Positions 27,604 to 36,885 of a DNA stretch of 64,000 bases are shown piece by piece (the stretch's first letter is position 1; each line of letters begins with the position of its first letter). Below the pieces are notes generated by a model. The model made no database searches. It had not been told where the DNA came from and saw nothing but the letters and a program-made list of their open reading frames with translations. Both the position numbers and the translations under genes were made by a program. The DNA is taken from the IMG/VR virus record IMGVR_UViG_3300017650_000009. The stretch is one strand, 5' to 3'. The DNA is from a virus. Taxonomy: Duplodnaviria > Heunggongvirae > Uroviricota > Caudoviricetes.

Positions 27604-28161
27604 ATGGCTGACACACTTATACTAAACGCAGATGCACAACCAATGGGATTCGTCCCACTCAGCACCCTTAACTGGGAAGATTCCGTAAAACTGATGTTTT
27701 TGGATCGCGTTGAGATTGTGGCTGAATATGCGGAATGGGAAGTTTCCAGTCCAAGTATTACGCTTAAGGTTCCAAGCGTTCTAATGAATCACGACTTTAT
27801 CAACATGGCACGTGGCGTCAAGTTGTCGAGCAAGAACATCAAGCTCCGTGATTCCTATAAGTGTCAGTATTGTGGCGTTGACTGCAAGCACGATCATTCT
27901 CTACTAACGATGGACCACGTTGTTCCTCGTGCAAGAGGTGGCAAGTCCAACTGGACCAACCTTGTTGCAGCTTGTACTCCTTGTAACTTGAAGAAGGCGC
28001 ACTACGACAAGATGAAGCCGGTTCGTGCTCCAATAAAGCCGACTTATTACCAGCTTGTTGATAAAGCGCGTCAGTACCCAATTCAAATCCCTCATGAAAG
28101 TTGGATAGATTTCATGGGGTGGGATAGGTCACTAGTCACAGTGTCCGGAAAATACAAATAA
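27604..28161 (+). CDS. HNH endonuclease (McrA-like)
   Basis: LILNAD, RD.YKCQYCG, TMDHVVPRARGG, WTNLVAACTPCN. Confidence 0.9.
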   Translation: MADTLILNADAQPMGFVPLSTLNWEDSVKLMFLDRVEIVAEYAEWEVSSPSITLKVPSVLMNHDFINMARGVKLSSKNIKLRDSYKCQYCGVDCKHDHSLLTMDHVVPRARGGKSNWTNLVAACTPCNLKKAHYDKMKPVRAPIKPTYYQLVDKARQYPIQIPHESWIDFMGWDRSLVTVSGKYK

Positions 28162-28189
28162 AAAGGGGGTCAATTGACCCCCTTTTCTT
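28161..28189. terminator. bidirectional rho-independent terminator
   Basis: AAAAGGGGGTCAATTGACCCCCTTTT perfect palindrome. Confidence 0.8.
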
Positions 28190-28408
28190 ACAGCTAAAAC
28201 ACCGTATCATTAACCATATGATTTTAGAATCACCTAAATCCTTGCAGTAAATCCTAAACACATATCTTCAGGGTAGGATTTTGTTTGCTATCTTGAATAC
28301 CTCCTCCCAAAATTTACATATTTGATATTCAAATAGAAATGGTGTTATATTATCCAATATACAATTCATGGTAATGCATTGTTTTTATTAGATTATTTAG
28401 GAATAAAA

Positions 28409-28437
28409 TTGACATTCTGGTGATTAACCACTAGAAT
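28409..28437 (+). promoter_or_regulatory. sigma70-like promoter
   Basis: TTGACA-N17-TAGAAT. Confidence 0.75.
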
Positions 28438-28467
28438 ACAGATATATTTCATACTAAGGAGAATATA

Positions 28468-28683
28468 ATGACTGACCAGGTCAACCCATCCATTAGCATT
28501 TCAGATCTCGAAAATATTTTGAAGATCATCGACGCCGCTAGTGAACGCGGGTCGTTTAAAGGTTCTGAACTGTCAGCTGTTGGTTCAGTACGTGACAAAA
28601 TTGCAGGTTTTCTAAGCCATGTTACCGAACAACGTGCCCAGGCAGAAGCGGCAAATCCAGCAACCGAAGCACCAAAGGAGTAA
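28468..28683 (+). CDS. small phage protein
   Basis: AAGGAG SD; IIDAASERGSFKGSEL pattern recalled from T4-like phages. Confidence 0.75.
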   Translation: MTDQVNPSISISDLENILKIIDAASERGSFKGSELSAVGSVRDKIAGFLSHVTEQRAQAEAANPATEAPKE

Positions 28684-28686
28684 TCA

Positions 28687-29352
28687 ATGGCTGATATCGT
28701 TAGACACGTCGGTAAAACAGTTAACACGGATCGCCGTGTTGTAGTCGTTTATATGCAGATTCCTGGACGAGAAGATCACGCACTCGTAGTTGATACTGAT
28801 AGCTTACCATCAAAGTACCATGATGATCTAATGCAGGTCATTCAGGGCGAAGCTCAAAAGGAGCCAGTACTGGCTAATATTTTGACTCGCCGTATTATGC
28901 CATCGACCGGTATTGATATGCTAACAAGTTTGCATCAGGCCGGGCAGCTACAGCCAGTACCTGTGGATAAGATTATTATGCTTCCACAGCCAAACCGTCC
29001 AGTGCCGCTTCCAAAGCTTATCGAGTATATGGCGCAAGCTGAAGACAGAGCGCCTGTTTCTGCAAAGGAAAATACCGAATTTCGCGATAATCGCATCGTA
29101 GAGAACCAGGCAATCGAAAAGGACAGCGCAGTATATAATATTGCAAAGAACCTTATCATTGAAGCTGATATGCTCCAGAGCGAAGCAAATCGTAAACGCC
29201 AACAAGCATATGATATGTATCCGGCATTGGCTCCCAAGTCGACCAACGTGGATACTGCTGATATCCCAGCAGTAAAGGTTGACGAGATGATTGAAGCGAC
29301 AAAGAAGTCAGTAGCAAAGCGTAAAACTACAAAGACACCAAAGGCTGATTAA
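28687..29352 (+). CDS. hypothetical phage protein
   Basis: AAGGAG SD; 221 aa. Confidence 0.75.
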   Translation: MADIVRHVGKTVNTDRRVVVVYMQIPGREDHALVVDTDSLPSKYHDDLMQVIQGEAQKEPVLANILTRRIMPSTGIDMLTSLHQAGQLQPVPVDKIIMLPQPNRPVPLPKLIEYMAQAEDRAPVSAKENTEFRDNRIVENQAIEKDSAVYNIAKNLIIEADMLQSEANRKRQQAYDMYPALAPKSTNVDTADIPAVKVDEMIEATKKSVAKRKTTKTPKAD

Positions 29353-29684
29353 TGGATTTTCCAAAGCTAGACGCCGATGCTGCATCAGCACTCGATGAGA
29401 TTTTTAATAACATCGAGTCTGATCGCAAAATCCAAAATATCCTAAGTCAAATTCACGCAGAACGTCAACGCCAATTCGATTTACCTGGTTCTGAATGGGA
29501 TGCGCGTAATACACCGGGAGACTGGGTTGCTCTTATCGGACACTATGCGAATGGCGAAGTTCGTCGTAATGGTCAAGCTCCATATGCTGATGACTTTGAG
29601 GAATCACTAATAAAAGCTGCCGCTGTTATTATTGCAGCACTAGATCATATAGAAGATATGAAGTCTAGGGGTCAGCTTTTATAA
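29352..29684 (+). CDS. possible MazG-like all-alpha NTP pyrophosphatase
   Basis: IHAERQRQ...W...EESLIKAAAVIIAAL pattern. Confidence 0.45.
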   Translation: MDFPKLDADAASALDEIFNNIESDRKIQNILSQIHAERQRQFDLPGSEWDARNTPGDWVALIGHYANGEVRRNGQAPYADDFEESLIKAAAVIIAALDHIEDMKSRGQLL

Positions 29685-29745
29685 ATTGACGTTTTAATCC
29701 CCAATATGTTTTAATACCCGGAGTTATTAAATTCCGGGTATTTTT

Positions 29746-30276
29746 ATGTCAAACAATAATTCACATACAAGTTCTACCTTTTACAGCTATGGTACCAAAA
29801 CTATTGGTCAACAGCCTGTAACCAAAACACCCAATAATGGTCTATATGCGTCGAAAGCTTCTAGTTCTCGTTACTACTCCAATAATGGTACGAGAGAACG
29901 TCTTCGCAATGTGGGCGAATTGGGATCCAATAATACATTCTTAACGCCGGATCGTGTCGACCAAGTTTTCGATTTTAATTTGTTTGGTGAAAATTATTAT
30001 GGCGAATGTGTTGGTGACGAAAAGCAAGAGGACGAATGCGATGCACCATTGCATGAGTTTTCCGAAGTTCAGCTTTCACTTAACATGGAAACAATTGATG
30101 AAGTTGAAGCCAAGCTCGTAAAACAGATCAACAAATATCGTCGTGCCACCGAAGCTATGGCAGGTTGTGCGCTATTGTGGTGGGACTTGATGACTGATTT
30201 GAATAAGAATCCTCACCTGGCGGAGGAATTCAAAAAGTTCCAAATGCTACGTAAGTTATCAGGCGGAACCCTATGA
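29746..30276 (+). CDS. hypothetical protein (tandem paralogue 1)
   Basis: ends LNKNPHLAEEFKKFQMLRKL. Confidence 0.6.
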   Translation: MSNNNSHTSSTFYSYGTKTIGQQPVTKTPNNGLYASKASSSRYYSNNGTRERLRNVGELGSNNTFLTPDRVDQVFDFNLFGENYYGECVGDEKQEDECDAPLHEFSEVQLSLNMETIDEVEAKLVKQINKYRRATEAMAGCALLWWDLMTDLNKNPHLAEEFKKFQMLRKLSGGTL

Positions 30277-30524
30277 GTAGTGCAAAACGATTTGAGTGTG
30301 AAGAATATGCACGTGAGCATTGGGGCTACAAAGTCACCAAGTTAAACGAAGATGTCAGAAAACTTCAAGCACAAATTGAACGGCTCGAAAAAGAAAACGC
30401 ACACTTAAAACGTTTCGAATCAGAAATAAAAGGTTTTCGAAAACTTATGTTTGCGATCAAAGAGAATGAAATGGCTCATTCTTATTGGAAGAAGGTCATG
30501 GTATGCCTGAGATTAACAGAATAA
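30273..30524 (+). CDS. coiled-coil protein (tandem paralogue 2)
   Basis: ends AIKENEMAHSYWKKVMVCLRL. Confidence 0.65.
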   Translation: MSSAKRFECEEYAREHWGYKVTKLNEDVRKLQAQIERLEKENAHLKRFESEIKGFRKLMFAIKENEMAHSYWKKVMVCLRLTE

Positions 30525-30856
30525 CAGCTATAGACTCCGAAATACTAGATCGTATTCTTGAAATTGAGAATGAACGCGATATTGCAATCGGGCATGTCGA
30601 AACACTTCAAAAAGAAATAGAACGTCTGAAAGAGCGAGATACTTTGTCTCGCCAAATGCTTTCTGAATTTGGAAAACATGGTTTCATGTTTGGTCCAAAT
30701 ACAACTGATGAACAATTTATGGATATTATTGAATCAGTAGTTCGACTTTGTGATAAAGGTCGACATATGGAAATTTTTGAAAAAGCAATTAAGGAGAATG
30801 ACCTTGCAAAACACGCATGGGACCGTTTCATGCTCTGCCTCCGTATCGCCGAATAA
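30485..30856 (+). CDS. coiled-coil protein (tandem paralogue 3; start uncertain)
   Basis: ends AIKENDLAKHAWDRFMLCLRI. Confidence 0.65.
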   Translation: MEEGHGMPEINRITAIDSEILDRILEIENERDIAIGHVETLQKEIERLKERDTLSRQMLSEFGKHGFMFGPNTTDEQFMDIIESVVRLCDKGRHMEIFEKAIKENDLAKHAWDRFMLCLRIAE

Positions 30857-31136
30857 CCCAAATAGCATCGATGCTATACAGATAACAAATATTGGCGTGT
30901 TGTCCCAACAGATGATTCATACGCATAATATTACCACAATACATGGGGCACATAGTCATAACATTACTGGGGGTTATGTATTCTATAATAAGGATCATAA
31001 GCCATTTAACGTGAGTTATCAAGAAATTTGCGATCTACTTGAGAATGAACAAGAACAACGCGATTTGATTAATGAATTTCCAGCAGTTAAACAAGCATAT
31101 GAGAAATTCCTAACAGTATTGAAGCTTCATAAGTGA
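30750..31136 (+). CDS. hypothetical protein (tandem paralogue 4; start uncertain)
   Basis: ends LINEFPAVKQAYEKFLTVLKL. Confidence 0.5.
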   Translation: MIKVDIWKFLKKQLRRMTLQNTHGTVSCSASVSPNNPNSIDAIQITNIGVLSQQMIHTHNITTIHGAHSHNITGGYVFYNKDHKPFNVSYQEICDLLENEQEQRDLINEFPAVKQAYEKFLTVLKLHK

Positions 31137-31204
31137 AACCAAATACTGTAAATACTCTGTAGGAAGAAAACCTGCATCGTCTTTACAGTATAGGAGACAC
31201 TATC

Positions 31205-31483
31205 ATGGGCAAGAAAAACCGTTACGAGGACATTGATAAATTCCTTGAAGAGGTTGAGATTAATGTTATCCCTGAGGAATTCATTACGGCTGCATGTGTT
31301 ACGAATCTCGACGGCGATGAATATCTTGTTTCGTTCGACGAAGCTGCCGAGATTTTTGAAAACGGTTCACTAGAGGACCAAGGCATTTTAGCTGTTCGTG
31401 CTATCATTAATATGCGTGAAGTACGTGAAACAGTTTACCAGTTGTCCAAGCAATGTATGCGAGCAACTAAATCTAAAAAGTAA
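31205..31483 (+). CDS. hypothetical protein
   Basis: AGGAG SD; TAAATA 31149-31154 upstream. Confidence 0.7.
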   Translation: MGKKNRYEDIDKFLEEVEINVIPEEFITAACVTNLDGDEYLVSFDEAAEIFENGSLEDQGILAVRAIINMREVRETVYQLSKQCMRATKSKK

Positions 31484-31490
31484 GGTTTCG

Positions 31491-32171
31491 ATGCCATCTA
31501 TAGCTCAACGTTTTAATCCACTCCTAGATCCGCTTCTTGTAGAATTTCAAATTGACAGTTGGGGTTTAGAGGAAAAAGGTTTCAGAGTTGAGAAAACTAA
31601 TCCCCACTATTTGCTATTGAGGGAACAACTTCTCTCAATAGTTCCTCATGCTGTTGATGATCTCGAAATGAATCATGAGATCATCAGTATTCATCCCAGA
31701 GACTCCCTATGTTATTTGAATGAAACTATCGTTGTCGTGTATAACGATGTTATACCGGATCAAATAAAAACCAAATATAGTTTTCCCAATTCTAAATTAT
31801 GTCCGGATCAAGTAGCGATCAAGTACGATACTATCACGGGCGAAGCATTTGCCAAAGTTTATGATTTGGATTTTACTAAGTATTGGTGCCCCGAACTACC
31901 TACTGGTACACTTGTGGGTTGTGATCATGGTGTTGGAATTCATTTGACATCGGATAGTCGTTCGCGCTATTCTGATTTTTATCTAGCGCATACTTGCCGA
32001 CAAACTATGAGAGACTTCCTCGGGAAGCTTTATCCGGAATATCATGAGGATTTTGATCCCAAATTCCGTGGGTATTGTTTGACGGTGGATCAGGAAAGCC
32101 ATTCAATAGTGAAGGCTAAGCGCTATGTCTACTGGAAAGACAAAACCCTAGAGGATCCTTATACGATATGA
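31491..32171 (+). CDS. hypothetical protein (paralogue of next gene)
   Basis: AAGG SD; ISIHPRDSLCYLNETIVV shared block. Confidence 0.7.
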   Translation: MPSIAQRFNPLLDPLLVEFQIDSWGLEEKGFRVEKTNPHYLLLREQLLSIVPHAVDDLEMNHEIISIHPRDSLCYLNETIVVVYNDVIPDQIKTKYSFPNSKLCPDQVAIKYDTITGEAFAKVYDLDFTKYWCPELPTGTLVGCDHGVGIHLTSDSRSRYSDFYLAHTCRQTMRDFLGKLYPEYHEDFDPKFRGYCLTVDQESHSIVKAKRYVYWKDKTLEDPYTI

Positions 32172-32878
32172 TTACTCCTCATTTAATTGACGACTTATTG
32201 GAGTTGTCACCAGAATCTCGAACTATGCTTGATTCAAATTTAGCGTCAATGCAAATTGACAAAGCTGGTATTACCGAGCTATCCTTTTTTATGGACTTTA
32301 GTCAGCCATCATTAAAATTGCTTTGGAATCTATTGCTTAATACGTTCCCAAATGCTCAAATCCCAGGTCTCACTCCATCGAATATTTCAGTACATCCGAA
32401 GGATGGTGTATCATATTTGGGAGATTCAATTGTTGTTGATTATTCGGATTCCGATATACCTGGTAGTATTATTCGTGAATTTGATGTTCCAGATTCTGTA
32501 CGTCCAAACAGCGCGTTCAAGCTCAAATATAACTTGGATACAAAAGAAGTTATGCTAAAGCTATATGATACTGCGGTTTCAAAATATCCTCGCCCCAATA
32601 CGCCAGAAGGTACAATTTGGGGGTCGTTTATTGGTGTTGGTCGACAGTTTTCAAAAAGCAAACAAACTAATAATATTTTGGATTTCTACTATTTGAGTCG
32701 AGATCGCGAAGCAATGCGCGAATGGCTTGGTGATGATTATCCAAACTATGATGAAACATTTGTAACAGAAGCACGTGGTTACGCTGTTAGTACCGACTGG
32801 GAAACCGGACGTATTGTAAATGTCAAACGACATATCTACGCAAGAGATCCCGCATTACTCAACGTTGCCGGGGTCTGA
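32168..32878 (+). CDS. hypothetical protein (paralogue of previous gene)
   Basis: ISVHPKDGVSYLGDSIVV; ATGA overlap. Confidence 0.7.
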   Translation: MITPHLIDDLLELSPESRTMLDSNLASMQIDKAGITELSFFMDFSQPSLKLLWNLLLNTFPNAQIPGLTPSNISVHPKDGVSYLGDSIVVDYSDSDIPGSIIREFDVPDSVRPNSAFKLKYNLDTKEVMLKLYDTAVSKYPRPNTPEGTIWGSFIGVGRQFSKSKQTNNILDFYYLSRDREAMREWLGDDYPNYDETFVTEARGYAVSTDWETGRIVNVKRHIYARDPALLNVAGV

Positions 32879-33289
32879 TTCTATTTGAAATTCCTCTAGG
32901 AAATAATCCTGCACATCAGGGATCTCACTAGCAGACATATCAAAATCAAGCCCAATACGCTCAAGGACTGCATCATAGACATGTTTGTGGTCCGAGTAGC
33001 GTTTGAAGTATGGATCGTTTCCGTAAAGCAAATTAGCTGAATCCAAAGCAACATAAAAATCTTCTTTGAAGAAATGACTTAGAAGTCTAGCGTAGACTAT
33101 TGCTACGAGGTAACTCTTTGCCGGATATACAACCTTCGACGGAGCAACAGCAAAATACTCAACGATACGTTCAACTAGTGCATCGTCTGACCAATCGCTC
33201 ATATATTCAACACGTTCGTCTGTAACTTGATCCGGATGGAATCGATTAAGACGATGGAATACTTGCTGTCTTACTTCCCAATCTTTCAT
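32855..33289 (-). CDS. hypothetical protein, last gene of radical SAM operon
   Basis: 144 aa; ATGA overlap with upstream gene. Confidence 0.7.
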   Translation of the reverse strand: MKDWEVRQQVFHRLNRFHPDQVTDERVEYMSDWSDDALVERIVEYFAVAPSKVVYPAKSYLVAIVYARLLSHFFKEDFYVALDSANLLYGNDPYFKRYSDHKHVYDAVLERIGLDFDMSASEIPDVQDYFLEEFQIESDPGNVE

Positions 33290-33651
33290 CGTAGCTTCTT
33301 CATAAAGTTGTAGGGGTTATCATAATCGGAACTATCTGTGATTACAAATGATTCATAATGACTCGGATGTTCAATTGCAATCTCCGTGCATTTTGGATTG
33401 CGCATCATAAGCATGATGATTTGTTCTCTTGCTCGACGCAAATATTCTGGCTTCCCTGAATAACATGCAAATTGATTTGATTCTATGTGAATCCTAACCC
33501 AACCATTATCTGTGATTTCACGGAGCAAAGACAAGCCCTTCAACTTGGACTCAATATTCTGTTCACACCAACGCATATGCTCTTGACCATACAGATTTAT
33601 AATCTCTAGCTCCGGATTAATAAAATATGTGAACGAATTATCTAGCATCAT
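33286..33651 (-). CDS. hypothetical protein
   Basis: ORF tiles between rSAM-4 and last gene; start chosen at ATG 33651. Confidence 0.55.
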   Translation of the reverse strand: MMLDNSFTYFINPELEIINLYGQEHMRWCEQNIESKLKGLSLLREITDNGWVRIHIESNQFACYSGKPEYLRRAREQIIMLMMRNPKCTEIAIEHPSHYESFVITDSSDYDNPYNFMKKLR

Positions 33652-34549
33652 ACCAATCCAATAACCCCTTGAAACCATTGCACGATTTCGTAAGGTCTTT
33701 AACTTCGCGTAAGTGTTCACTCAAACATTTTCCGAAATATTTACAACTTGAACAAGTACCATTTGCACCAACACGAGCACGTTCTCGAATGGTCCATTCT
33801 TTGTATTCATGCATTGTGTCGATCTCTTGAAAAAACTCGTTATCGTGTTCATCAAATTCCAACACCCCAAATTTACCATTCGGTGTAATGTAGATGTGGT
33901 CATCGCTGAAACTGTTGGCGAACCCCTCAAGTGAGTCTTGAATCAAAAATTCATTAATGAATTCAAATCGTTTATTAACTGGTGATTCAATCCAACGCTT
34001 AATGAACTCTTCGTAATCTCGAAAGCTCACATCATCTGCATTTGCTTGATTCGTGCTATAGGGTTTGATTTCAACTGATTTCAAATTTCCAATCAAATTC
34101 AACTCATGAATCATATCATCCACTGATTTACCAATAAGATCCTTCCCTGCAAGCATTAGGATGCTGAAGTCCTTGGGCAAAGCAAGCATGTTATTTCGGA
34201 CGCTTTGATGTGCTTGCCGAGCATCGAAATCGTAGCTCACCGACAAATCGATATCATCCTCAAGGAATCCAGGATGGACTCTGGACAAATTTGTAATTAC
34301 ATTAATAGGGCCATCATAGTGGGTACGAATAACACGTTTCATAGTGTTCCAGTCGTGTTCTTTCATTAGTCCGACTTCGCCACCATAAAGATCCAAATGT
34401 TCGATCGGTGCATATTTAGCAACCTCACGTAATCGTGAATCCAAAACATCCATATTGATAGTTTTGGGATCACCTAATTGGTCAAGAGTCAAATAACAAA
34501 ATGAACAACGAAAGTTACAAAAATATGTTGGGTTCAACGAGATTTTCAT
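33638..34549 (-). CDS. radical SAM protein (rSAM-4) with C-terminal Cys cluster
   Basis: CNFRCSFC, YGGE, TNL; CSSCKYFGKC...C. Confidence 0.9.
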   Translation of the reverse strand: MKISLNPTYFCNFRCSFCYLTLDQLGDPKTINMDVLDSRLREVAKYAPIEHLDLYGGEVGLMKEHDWNTMKRVIRTHYDGPINVITNLSRVHPGFLEDDIDLSVSYDFDARQAHQSVRNNMLALPKDFSILMLAGKDLIGKSVDDMIHELNLIGNLKSVEIKPYSTNQANADDVSFRDYEEFIKRWIESPVNKRFEFINEFLIQDSLEGFANSFSDDHIYITPNGKFGVLEFDEHDNEFFQEIDTMHEYKEWTIRERARVGANGTCSSCKYFGKCLSEHLREVKDLTKSCNGFKGLLDWYDAR

Positions 34550-35628
34550 AGACCGTTAATCTCCATAATATCACCTGCTAGTGTTTTCATTGTGCTGCAA
34601 TGCGACTCGACCAGACCAGCTTGCTTTAAGTCTTTAACTGTTTTACGACAACCATTACAAATAGCGAACAACGGACAAGTATAACAATCGGATTTCATAC
34701 TTTGTAATTCGGGATCACTCTGCAAGGGCTTGAAGAATTGCCCTCCATAAACTTCAGCTTCGAAGTCAATTGGCTTGTCTCTATCATCACCGAATGCCCC
34801 GCAACTGTAATAGTCGCCACCGGGTTGAATAGTTCGTATACCTTCATCACAATTACGATTTTGCGGACAAATAGTTGCTGCGCCTTTAAGGCGTTTGGTC
34901 ATTTGTTTCGTGTTGAATTCCCAAGGTGTAAGTCCGGCTTTGTGAATTTCCACATAAAGCTTATAGACCTTAGCAAGCAAATACGGATTATCCGCTTGAC
35001 CCATTTTATGCCCGGTGCGCGGATCGATCTTGATATCCCCGCTAGCCATCGCATAATTCAATTTACATTCAACACCAACTTTTGTACCATCCGGTTTTAT
35101 CTCAGCTGGTTGATCCTCAGACATTCTCTTTGCAAGCTCTACATTTTTGATTGCCAAGTGTTCGTTCTCATCAGTAACCACACTAATGAAATCTGGACGA
35201 TATCCAACGTGTTCAAGCATTGCGTTGGATACTTCCCAGAGATCTTCCTCCGTGAACAATGTGAGATCGCCCTTAACCCGTCCGGGACCATAGTTGAAAC
35301 TAGTAGCAACTCCCATACGTTCATGTTGAAATAGTTTAGTCCACTTCTTTGGATTCTTTAAAAATGGCCACAAATTACTTGTGAAACTTATACTCGCTTG
35401 TAGCTCATGTTTATCCAAATGATCGATGAGTTGCCAATAATATTGGGGCGGAACCATTAGAGGATCACCACCGTTTACGATGATCGTTTGCGTATTGGGG
35501 AAACGTTTGAGGAACGCATAAACCCGTTCAAGATCAAGTGTTTGCGCGGAATGCGCAGAAATCTTGGTGCTCGAGCAGAACGTGCATTTGAAGTTGCACA
35601 ATTCAGTGGGTTTAATGATAAGATCCAA
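34546..35628 (-). CDS. radical SAM/SPASM protein (rSAM-3)
   Basis: IIKPTELCNFKCTFC, GGDP; CPQNRNC, YSCG, CYTCPLFAICNGC...C; TTG start. Confidence 0.9.
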   Translation of the reverse strand: MDLIIKPTELCNFKCTFCSSTKISAHSAQTLDLERVYAFLKRFPNTQTIIVNGGDPLMVPPQYYWQLIDHLDKHELQASISFTSNLWPFLKNPKKWTKLFQHERMGVATSFNYGPGRVKGDLTLFTEEDLWEVSNAMLEHVGYRPDFISVVTDENEHLAIKNVELAKRMSEDQPAEIKPDGTKVGVECKLNYAMASGDIKIDPRTGHKMGQADNPYLLAKVYKLYVEIHKAGLTPWEFNTKQMTKRLKGAATICPQNRNCDEGIRTIQPGGDYYSCGAFGDDRDKPIDFEAEVYGGQFFKPLQSDPELQSMKSDCYTCPLFAICNGCRKTVKDLKQAGLVESHCSTMKTLAGDIMEINGL

Positions 35629-35629
35629 T

Positions 35630-36538
35630 TTAGTCCTCTAAAATTTCCACTTTAAAAACTTTTGATGTTCTAGCGAGTTCCGTATACCCGGGATACCCAC
35701 GCTCACCTATTGATGTTCGAAGACTAGCAATGGGTATTCTACCACAACATGACCAAGCATACACTGGATCAAAATCCGGATCAATATGCTTGATTGCTGC
35801 TCGATTGTGATGCATGAAACTTAAAACATCAGTTGCAATACCACCGAGATCCTGAGAGAATGGAATAATATGTCCACTACCCATATGTGCAGGTGGACCA
35901 AAACGCTTTTCCTTAAATGCAGAATATGCATTACGCATCTCACCAAAACGTAGGATATCATGCCATGCGAGATCCACATAATCAAGTTCAGCATAAAGTG
36001 TTCCCGGAACAATATCCATTGTTAGGTATTCAAGCCATTCCGATTTAAACTCAATTGCAAAATGGGGATCGGGATAATGTCGAATCTCACCAAATGCTGA
36101 TTCACTATTTGATGTTCCCTTTAACGGTTCACGCACACGAGTTACATAGAACAATAAATGTTTGGTTTTATCGATTAACCCATTGATATGCATGGTTTTT
36201 TTAATTTCACCAAGTCTACCAGTTTCGACTAGGTCCATTAGGAAACGAATAGTATTATCGCAAACTGTTTCAGTAAGCTTCACAAATGGTACTTTGCCTA
36301 AAGGTGATCTAAATTTACTCAATTCAATGCGTAGTTCATCCCATATTACTCTGGCTTCATCCGAAGTATTACAAAAATAATTCTCAGTAAGAGCCAAAGG
36401 TGGATCATTAGGATTGAGCATGGTATACTCAAGCATATTTCTCCAAGACTTTGCCGGAGGTGTATCTAGGAATTCCCATTCCAAAGTAAGCTTGGAATTG
36501 TCACCAGCATTATACATAATACTCAAATATTCGCTCAT
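35630..36538 (-). CDS. hypothetical protein in radical SAM operon
   Basis: 302 aa, tightly coupled. Confidence 0.7.
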   Translation of the reverse strand: MSEYLSIMYNAGDNSKLTLEWEFLDTPPAKSWRNMLEYTMLNPNDPPLALTENYFCNTSDEARVIWDELRIELSKFRSPLGKVPFVKLTETVCDNTIRFLMDLVETGRLGEIKKTMHINGLIDKTKHLLFYVTRVREPLKGTSNSESAFGEIRHYPDPHFAIEFKSEWLEYLTMDIVPGTLYAELDYVDLAWHDILRFGEMRNAYSAFKEKRFGPPAHMGSGHIIPFSQDLGGIATDVLSFMHHNRAAIKHIDPDFDPVYAWSCCGRIPIASLRTSIGERGYPGYTELARTSKVFKVEILED

Positions 36539-36885
36539 TAGATTCGATCCTTTAGTATCTTTTCGAGTTGTTCTTCGAAGTTATCATGACCAGATACATC
36601 TGCAACTTGAAAATCCTTAAACAACTCAGGCTGCTCAAGCAATAGGGGTATGAGCTTTCCTTGCTTCTCTAGGCTAAAATAATCTAGATTGCCCGGCTCA
36701 CAAACATATACGTAAATTTGATAGAATGGAATATTTTGTAATTTTCGAATAACACCAACCGTATGTGCATCAGAGTTTTTCATTACTGCTAGAATGCTAT
36801 GAGTTGATGGGTGAAATACTTGGATTCCAAATGCTCTTATCTTTCTAGCACATGCATCCAAATAACTAGTATCGTCATCGAACAC
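36538..36885 (-). CDS. hypothetical protein in radical SAM operon
   Basis: 115 aa, AAGGT SD, TAATG overlap. Confidence 0.6.
   Translation of the reverse strand: MFDDDTSYLDACARKIRAFGIQVFHPSTHSILAVMKNSDAHTVGVIRKLQNIPFYQIYVYVCEPGNLDYFSLEKQGKLIPLLLEQPELFKDFQVADVSGHDNFEEQLEKILKDRI

Noticed and set aside
28190-28408. Replication origin in AT-rich intergenic gap
   Set aside because: No iterons or repeated boxes visible; AT-richness alone is insufficient
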